A stretch of DNA of 62,674 nt, filler included, from Vannella sp. (lineage: Eukaryota): NCBI GenBank assembly GCA_023345925.1. It is 5 parts of 5 records of this genome, joined end to end, with 100 filler letters (N's around TTAATTAATTAA, not from the genome) between each part and the next. Parts side by side here need not be neighbours in the genome. Positions count along the whole stretch, not along the records: positions 54,930 to 62,674 come from JAJQQN010001406.1; 4 more parts are not named here. One strand, given 5' to 3'. Within the stretch, counting starts at the first letter, position 1, and the number at the start of each line of letters is the position of its first letter. The translations under genes were made by a program, and so were the position numbers. Shown here one piece after another: positions 56,254 through 62,674 of this stretch. The notes below the pieces were generated by a model. The model saw only the letters and a program-made list of their open reading frames with translations. It was not told where the DNA came from and ran no database searches.

Positions 56254-59163
56254 TTAAGCTAATTGGTATTTGCGCTTGGATTTTCCCCTTCCAGCTTTGG
56301 ATGGAGCTCCACTCGAATTGCCGAAAGCGAAAGTCGTGGGGACAGCTGCCCCAAAAGAATCTGTGAGAGAACTTCCGAACACAGCTGGAGTGGATGCAAA
56401 TGGGTTTGATCCATTCGCTGACGCTCCAAATTGGGAGGGCGTTGGATTCGAAGGAGCAGTACCAGCAGTAGTTGTGCCACTACCAAAAGAGAAACCAGAG
56501 GCCGCCAAGGGAGTGGGGTTGGTGAGTATCGGAGCTGTGGCTTCTGGAGCAGTACTAGGAGGTGTGGCACCACCAAAAGGGAAACCAGAGGCTCCGAATG
56601 GAGGAGTGGGGTTGGTGAATATCGGAGCTGTGGCACTACCAAAAGGGAAACCAGAGGCTGCGAATGTAGGAGTGGGGTTGGTGAATATCGGAGCTGTGGT
56701 TTTTGTGGTCGCTGGATTGGTAAATTGGAATGAAGTACCAACCTTGCTTTCTGGTAACGGAGAGCTCCCAAAGGAGAAGGGAGCTGAGCTGCCTGGAGTT
56801 GTATCCGGCTTTTTGTCTTTGTTGGGGTTTGTGAATGAGAAGCCAATGGTTGACGATGAGTCATTCAGTGTGCCAGCTTTTGATCCGAAATCGAAGGTTA
56901 TCGCGGGCTTTTCCGTCACCTCTGAGACTGGAGTCTGTGCAAGTGAGAAAGAGGTTCCGCTAAAGGATGAGCCAGTTGCACCTCCAGCTCCAAAAGAGAA
57001 CCCTCCTGCAGCAGATTCACTGCCGGTAGGGATGCTCGCATCTGAACCCCCAAAAGAGAAACCACTTTTGCTCGCCTCAGTACTGAAAGAGAAGCCTGTG
57101 GCTTCTCCAATCTTGGGAGTATCGACAGTACTTGCTCCAAAGTTGAATCCTTCAGAGGATTTGCTAACCGAGGAGTCAGCTGCACTTGAATCGCTCAGAG
57201 GAGTGCTCCCTTTGCTTGAGTCAGTGCCAAAGGAGAAACCAGTCTCTCCTCCGCTTCCAGAAGAATCAACAGTAACGGCTCCGAAATTAAATCCGCTTGC
57301 CAAGGGCTTGCTTGTGGAAGAATCTTCTCCACTGGAGCGAGTAGGGGAGGTTCCTCCTGTGTTTGATCCGCTGCTGAAGGAAAAGCCACTTCCACCTGTG
57401 CTAACAGAAGTATTGCTTTCGGCGGACCCACCAAAGGAGAATCCGCTTCCATTTGCACCAAACGAGAATCCACCTGCCGTTGGCTTCGTCTCAGTGTCCA
57501 ATTTAGAAGGAGTCTCATCTGAAACGGAGGACTTTTCCTTCAGGGTCGTAGTAGATCCGAAAGAGACTGTTCCAGGCGTGAAAGAACCAAATGCAATCGG
57601 CTTAGGTGTGACTTTCTCCGGGCTTTCAGCTGAATCAGCCTTCTTCTCCTTCAAAACGTAAATAGATGGTGTTGGAGAGCTCCCAAAAGTAAAGATAGAC
57701 TCCTTTGGGGCAGCAGACTCGGGCTCAAGACACTTTGTTTCGGGCTGCTTTGCTACCGTCGACTGAGAAGTTCCAAATTGAGGAGTCACAGTCTCTTTGC
57801 TCGCCAGAGGCTTCCCAAAAGTGAATGGTGCAGGAGACGAAGGCTCTTCTACAACCTTTGCAGCCAGTTTACGGGGCGCAGCAGTAATCTCTTCCACTTC
57901 AGGAGAGGAAGGAGCAGTCGACTCCTTGACGGTGGCGACAACGCGCTTCGCTGGAGCCTCTGCAGGATCCTCCCTACGCCGCTTTAGGGCAGGAGATTCA
58001 CCAGAGGGCCGGGAAGCCAACCGCTTGGCGAAGTTGTTGAGCTTCCCGGACACAGAAAGCAGAAGATCGTCGATCTCGTCCGCCTCAGTGATGCTGAAGT
58101 TGGTGTTCGCAGTGGCAGTGAACTCTTCAAGTGTGTCCAAGAGCTTAGTGACCGCTTTGCTGGAGTACAGCTGTCCGTTGCTGAATCGCTTCTTCTTTCG
58201 AGGGGGTCCTTGCTCAGGGTTGTAGAGCTCCTGGTCTAGGCGTTGCTCACGCACTCCATAGCGATCAGATGGTTCCTGTCGGAGAGATCTGCCTGGAGTC
58301 TGGCGACGAGTCTTGGGGCAGTCAGGCACAGTGAACGAGCAAGGAGGGGGGGACTCACTGTAGCGCGCCTCGAAGTCGTGGGTCGACGACGAGTCCCCGT
58401 TGGCGCGGGGTAAAACATGACTGGGATCGAGTTGGGGTGGGGAGTGCCGTAGTTCACATGTGGGGCGACATGAGCGCCAGTAGGCGTGGTCACACCTCCC
58501 ATCGGCCATGCAGGCTGAGAAACTGTGGGATTAGAAGTAGCTATGGGAGCTCCTGGAGCGATGAGAGCCGAAGCAACCTTCCCAAACTCTTCTGCGCTCA
58601 AAACACCTCGAAGGCGGTTCAGAGCGTCTGCAGAAAGGCCTACGGGGAAAGGAGATGCATCTTCTACCACTCTTACACCTTGCTGCGAGAAATAATGACC
58701 ACCAGGAGCTGTGAGCTTGGCCAGATGATCCTTTTCGTCCTTCTTCTTGTCCTTCTTGTCCTTCTTATCCTTCTTGTCCTTCTTGTCCTTCTTCTCCTTC
58801 TTGTCCTTCTTCTCTTTTGGCTTTCCTTCTTTCTGTAGCTTATCTTTGAATGAGGAGATCTGGGAAGGGAAGGCTGGCAGGTCTTCAGGATCGGAAGACG
58901 AGTCATAGTCGATCGTGGCAGGTTTCACAGGAGTGAAGAGGGCACGAAAGCGTCCTCCCAAAGGCTATCATAACAAAAACAACGGTCAGAAACGATCAAC
59001 CAAGCATCCATCAACAACTCACCGTCATCGGGGCAGCCACCTTCTGCTCCGATCCCAACGATGGAGAAAGGAGTCCCGCAAAGATGCGCTTCACCGACCC
59101 CATGATTCCTGCTGCCTCCATATCTTCGCGAGAGCGCTTGCGATTGCCCACCGGCGTCTCCAT
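56254..59163 (-). CDS. FxFG nucleoporin, Nup153/Nup1-like; 3 exons, ~934 aa
   Basis: Introns 58965-59022 and 58312-58358 (both GTGAGT..AG, phase 0) join ORFs 59011..59259, 58236..58961 and 56254..58509. Many FSFG/FNFG/FTFG repeats and a basic C-terminus KAGRGKSKRK. Confidence 0.82.
56476..56700 (-). repeat. Three coding repeats API[FL]TNPTPxxASGF[PS]FG in the nucleoporin
   Basis: Recurring ccaaaagRgaaaccagaggc..ggagtggggttggtgaRtatcggagctgtgg. Confidence 0.85.
58736..58815 (-). repeat. 9-bp minisatellite (ttcttgtcc)n encoding a (KKD)n tract
   Basis: KEKKDKKEKKDKKDKKDKKDKKDKKKDE in exon 2 of the nucleoporin. Confidence 0.85.
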
Positions 59164-59326
59164 CCCGCCCGCCAAAAGAAAGTGAAGAAACCAAGAAACG
59201 GAGGAAACTCCCTTCTGCCAAACCGGGTTATTTCCTGGTTTCGTTTGAGTTTTCCTCAACCCGACTTTTGCCGCTTCAATTTGATTTTCTGATTAATTGA
59301 ATTATGATTCATTATTTGTCTTGAGG

Positions 59327-60184
59327 ATGGAAGAGGAGTTGGAGGCGCAAAAGGCTGGAGGATGCTCGGGTTGTTGTCGGAGGAGCTTTGGTTGTATTGG
59401 AAACACGCTTAAGAGTATGGGGTGGAAGGATTGGCTAAAGCTGGTGGTGTTGCTGTTGTTGGTGGTGTCGCTGGTGTTGGCTTTGGTGTTCCTCCCTTGG
59501 CCGCAGTGGCTCGGCTTGTTCTTGACTTGGGTGGACTCACTTGGTGTGTGGGGACCCATCTTGTTGGCAGAGATGTACGTCTTCTGTACCGTGTTCTTCG
59601 TTCCCGGGAGTATCCTCACGATCGGAGCTGGTTTTGCGTTCCAGTCTGTCTGGATCGGTACCTTGGCTGTCTCTGCTGGCTCGACTATCGGTTGTATCTG
59701 CGCTTTCCTCTTTGGAAACACTCTTGTTCGTGGTTGGGTGGAGCGCAAGGTCAACCAGTACGAGATCTTCGGTGCCCTGGACACTGCGATTGCTACCAAA
59801 GGCTGGCTCATCGTGCTACTCCTCCGTCTCTCACCTGTTATCCCTTTTAACATCCTCAACTACGGCCTGGGCCTCACCAAAGTGAGCCTGATCGAGTATG
59901 CCATATTCTCATGGTTAGGGATGCTCCCAGCCACTGTTGTGTACGTCTACATCGGTACTACATTGAGTGATATCGCCCAAATCATCTCGGGAGACATCGA
60001 GACGGACCCCCTGACCACCACACTCTTCTTTGTGGGTCTGGCCAGCACCGTGCTGGCTCTCTTGGTCATCAGCTACTTTGCCAAAGGACAGATCCAGAAG
60101 GTTCTCCAAAAGGCCAAGGAACAGAACAAGCTGAGCGCAGACGAGCGCAGCATCCAAGGGGAGGATTACGGGGCTGTCGTGTAG
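59327..60184 (+). CDS. TVP38/TMEM64 (DedA/VTT, SNARE-associated) membrane protein
   Basis: VFFVPGSILTIGAGFAF, GSTIGCICAFLFG, LLRLSPVIPFNILNYGLGLT and GMLPATVVYVYIG. Confidence 0.92.
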   Translation: MEEELEAQKAGGCSGCCRRSFGCIGNTLKSMGWKDWLKLVVLLLLVVSLVLALVFLPWPQWLGLFLTWVDSLGVWGPILLAEMYVFCTVFFVPGSILTIGAGFAFQSVWIGTLAVSAGSTIGCICAFLFGNTLVRGWVERKVNQYEIFGALDTAIATKGWLIVLLLRLSPVIPFNILNYGLGLTKVSLIEYAIFSWLGMLPATVVYVYIGTTLSDIAQIISGDIETDPLTTTLFFVGLASTVLALLVISYFAKGQIQKVLQKAKEQNKLSADERSIQGEDYGAVV

Positions 60185-60255
60185 GACCAAGTCACTATTT
60201 TACTAAACACACTTAGATACTCTGGTGTCGTGGGTAGGTGGTCTGTTGGAGCCCT

Positions 60256-61962
60256 TCATTTAGAAGAGAGTGAGGCCATTAACTTGACAACCAGCTGGTC
60301 AGGTTGAATGCCTTCGCTTTTCATGATGGCCAAGACTCTCTTGGCTTGTGGGGCGTCTTTCTTCTGGCAATAGTACCTTAACAGTGCAGTGTACGTGAAT
60401 ATGTCTGGCTTCACTCCACTACTCTTCATCTCTTCCAACAAGGAGATAACAACGGCTATTTGGTTGTTTCGACAAAGGCAGTTAATCAATCCAGTGTAAG
60501 TCCGGACGTTAGGAGCATGCTGGGTCTTCTTCATTGCTTGCAAAAGTTTCATTGCTGATTTGGCGTTATTCTCCTTGCAGAGTGAGTCGATGAGCAAAGT
60601 GTATGTCACAGTATCTGGCGGTACACCATCTTTCTCCATCTCCTTCATAAGTCGTAATGCTTCATCAGTTTGGCCGTCCCTACATAAGGCACCAATCAAA
60701 GAGGTATAAAGCTTGACAGAAGGCGTCAAGCCTTGCTTCTTCATGTTGGAGAAGAAAATTAGAGCCTTTTTGACTTTGCCTCGAAGACAGAGTTGGAGAA
60801 TCAGAACACCATAGGTGACTACAGTGAACTCTATCCGATTGGCACGCATATCAAGAGCAAGAGCAACGGCTCTATTAAGATCGTCCTTCTTACAGAGGCT
60901 GTCAATGAGAACCGTGTATGTGAATGCATTTGGAGCGATGCCTGCAGCTCTCATCACCTCCCATTGATCCATTGCCTGTTCCACCTTTCCATTCTTGCAC
61001 AGAGCGTCAATCAGTGAAGTGTAGCTGAACACGTCCGGCGGAGTACTCTTATCCATGGATTGGATGAGTTCCAGGGCTTGAGTGAGTTCTCCCGCCTTAC
61101 AGTGAGCATCCAAGATAACGTTAAAGGTCAACGTAGAGGCCAAAATACCCTCCTTTTTCATGCAAGAGAGAATCTCTTTCACCTCAACCACCCGCTTATC
61201 CCTGCTGAGAGCGCCGATGAGAATGTTATAAGTCACCTCATCTGGGCGAATGCCGCTGGTTTTCATCTCCTCTAGCATAACCAAAGCTGCATTGATATCT
61301 CCTTTTGCACAAAGGGAGTCTATCTGAGCAGTGTACGTGAAAAGATCCGGTGCGAGATTGTCCGCCTTCATCTTTGACAAAAGTTCCTGAGCAGCACTGG
61401 TGGAGCCCTTCTTACTCAATGCATCGAGAAGCGCGTTATAAGATACAATAGAGGGCTTGGTTCCACGTTGCCTCATCGAGTCAAAGATGCGCTGAGCGCT
61501 CTGAATGTCTCCCTTTCGACACAGAGCATCGATTAGAATGCCAAGAGAGGCTTGATCTGGCCGTTCTGGCGTAGCTATAAGCTTTTCTGCGTCATTGAGA
61601 CGATCTTGATGACAGAATGAAAGAACCAGAGAGGGTAGGAAGCTTGAGGAGACTGGTCCAGACTTTTGGATCGACTCCATGGCTCTTTGCAGTCTCTCCG
61701 GGAGGTCAGAACCTGAGGATTGGGAGAGTAGATGGCTGTAAAGCTCTTCTTTTTCCTTGGGCCTGTTGTCCGTACATTCTAAGTACTTCAAAGTCGCTCC
61801 GAAGTACCCCTCCCGACCCAAGGTTTCCACCAACAGCTTCTCTTGATCTCTCGTTGCAACTCTAGTGCTAGCTTCCTGATACCTTCCACTTATGACCATC
61901 TGCACAGCCTCTGCAATCGTTCCCGTTGCACGGCGGCAAACCGACATCAGCCCCGTCCTCAT
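60256..61962 (-). CDS. P-class pentatricopeptide repeat (PPR) protein, ~12-13 repeats; 5' end uncertain
   Basis: 35-aa repeats such as PSIVSYNALLDALSKKG, PDVFSYTSLIDALCKNGKVEQA and PDTVTYTLLIDSLCKE. Confidence 0.93.
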   Translation of the reverse strand: MRTGLMSVCRRATGTIAEAVQMVISGRYQEASTRVATRDQEKLLVETLGREGYFGATLKYLECTDNRPKEKEELYSHLLSQSSGSDLPERLQRAMESIQKSGPVSSSFLPSLVLSFCHQDRLNDAEKLIATPERPDQASLGILIDALCRKGDIQSAQRIFDSMRQRGTKPSIVSYNALLDALSKKGSTSAAQELLSKMKADNLAPDLFTYTAQIDSLCAKGDINAALVMLEEMKTSGIRPDEVTYNILIGALSRDKRVVEVKEILSCMKKEGILASTLTFNVILDAHCKAGELTQALELIQSMDKSTPPDVFSYTSLIDALCKNGKVEQAMDQWEVMRAAGIAPNAFTYTVLIDSLCKKDDLNRAVALALDMRANRIEFTVVTYGVLILQLCLRGKVKKALIFFSNMKKQGLTPSVKLYTSLIGALCRDGQTDEALRLMKEMEKDGVPPDTVTYTLLIDSLCKENNAKSAMKLLQAMKKTQHAPNVRTYTGLINCLCRNNQIAVVISLLEEMKSSGVKPDIFTYTALLRYYCQKKDAPQAKRVLAIMKSEGIQPDQLVVKLMASLSSK

Positions 61963-62674
61963 CTCCCTGCCAGGCTCAAATGAGATCCTTTCGAAGGCAA
62001 AGAGAGTTTGACTTTGACTGCGATCTCTCCCAGGTCCTGATTCAAGAAAGCCAGTCAGAGAGGGAGGATTCCGGATCTTCCTTTCTTTCAGTTTGTCTTT
62101 CCTCCGATCACTTCCTCATGGGCTAGTTACCGGTTGGCTTTTCCAATGTCACGCGGCAGAGACCAGTCTGGACTCCTCTCAATCTCTCCACCGGCTCCAT
62201 CTGCTGTTCTCAACGGAGCATGACTTGTTTAAAGCGACAGATTGCCAAGTTTCCTTCGATTTCTCGCTCGCACACATGAGACGTATGCCGAAACCTTGAG
62301 GGGCATTATTCAGTGGGTCCTTGAACCAAATGATAATAATGTAATAAACACGTCTATTCAGAGAACACAGATAACCGGCATTTGATTGGTCAGCGAGTGG
62401 CATTTCGTTTCCTCTCTCGCAGAAGCTTCAAAACCGATGGATAGCCCACTGGCAATATTTAATAAAAATTCAAATTCCTTAAGAAGGCCAATTCCGAACT
62501 CACTCCTTCGTTTCCCCTTTCTGTCTGCCACTTGCTGATGCAGTGTTGGTTGATGGCAGCGACCATCCTCTTTCTTTTGCCTTTGTGCAAGGCTCAGTGC
62601 ACTGCTCAGTGTAATGGGACGTACAAGAACACGTACTTGAAGGGCCACTCCACGGATGTCGGACGCATCGTGTT

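Noticed and set aside
56476..56700. Regularly spaced repeats as a CRISPR array
   Set aside because: They are in-frame coding repeats of a nucleoporin with no unique spacers and no cas genes, in a eukaryotic context.
56270..57661. 463-aa antisense ORF with (P)KEKP repeats
   Set aside because: Mirror of the FxFG nucleoporin codons (GFSFG reads PKEKP on the other strand); no independent coding signal.
58236..58509. Apparent overlapping genes or a CCCH-like N-terminus (CDHAYWRSCRPTCELRH) in ORF 56254..58509
   Set aside because: Explained by intron 58312-58358; the Cys/His peptide is an off-frame reading of exon 2.

Overview
This is a eukaryotic window made of five contigs joined by artificial 100-nt N/TTAATTAATTAA spacers (contigs 1-6174, 6275-20453, 20554-45239, 45340-54829, 54930-62674). 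The genome is very compact, with short GT-AG introns of about 45-65 nt and intergenic gaps often under 100 nt. The gene set (vinculin/alpha-catenin, zizimin-type DOCK, F-BAR-2xSH3, TKL kinase, plant-type LRRNT) suggests a free-living protist, possibly amoebozoan; this is inference. Most genes are housekeeping: FAM13-like, MUTYH, Sec16, ELM2-SANT, DHX37, BTB, SRI-domain, cytochrome c peroxidase, EXPERA, TMEM14, golgin-84, F-box/JmjC, DOCK, ZFC3H1, SERHL, cyanase, DUS1, USP15-like, RNB, FG-nucleoporin, TVP38/TMEM64 and PPR. The most striking observation is an 80-aa spliced mitochondrial-type membrane microprotein gene (25423-25713, absent from the ORF track). It is an ungapped paralogue of the N-terminal extension of the adjacent cytochrome c peroxidase and shares its intron position. 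Other notable items are an apparently intronless PD-(D/E)XK nuclease + kinase fusion (Crinkler-like) next to a MITE-like inverted repeat and a heptad-repeat membrane microprotein, a presequence-bearing cyanase with a divergent active-site region, a decayed RCC1 gene, and a Copia RNase H remnant joined to a B-box/hairpin segment. All family assignments are by eye from motifs; no searches were run.
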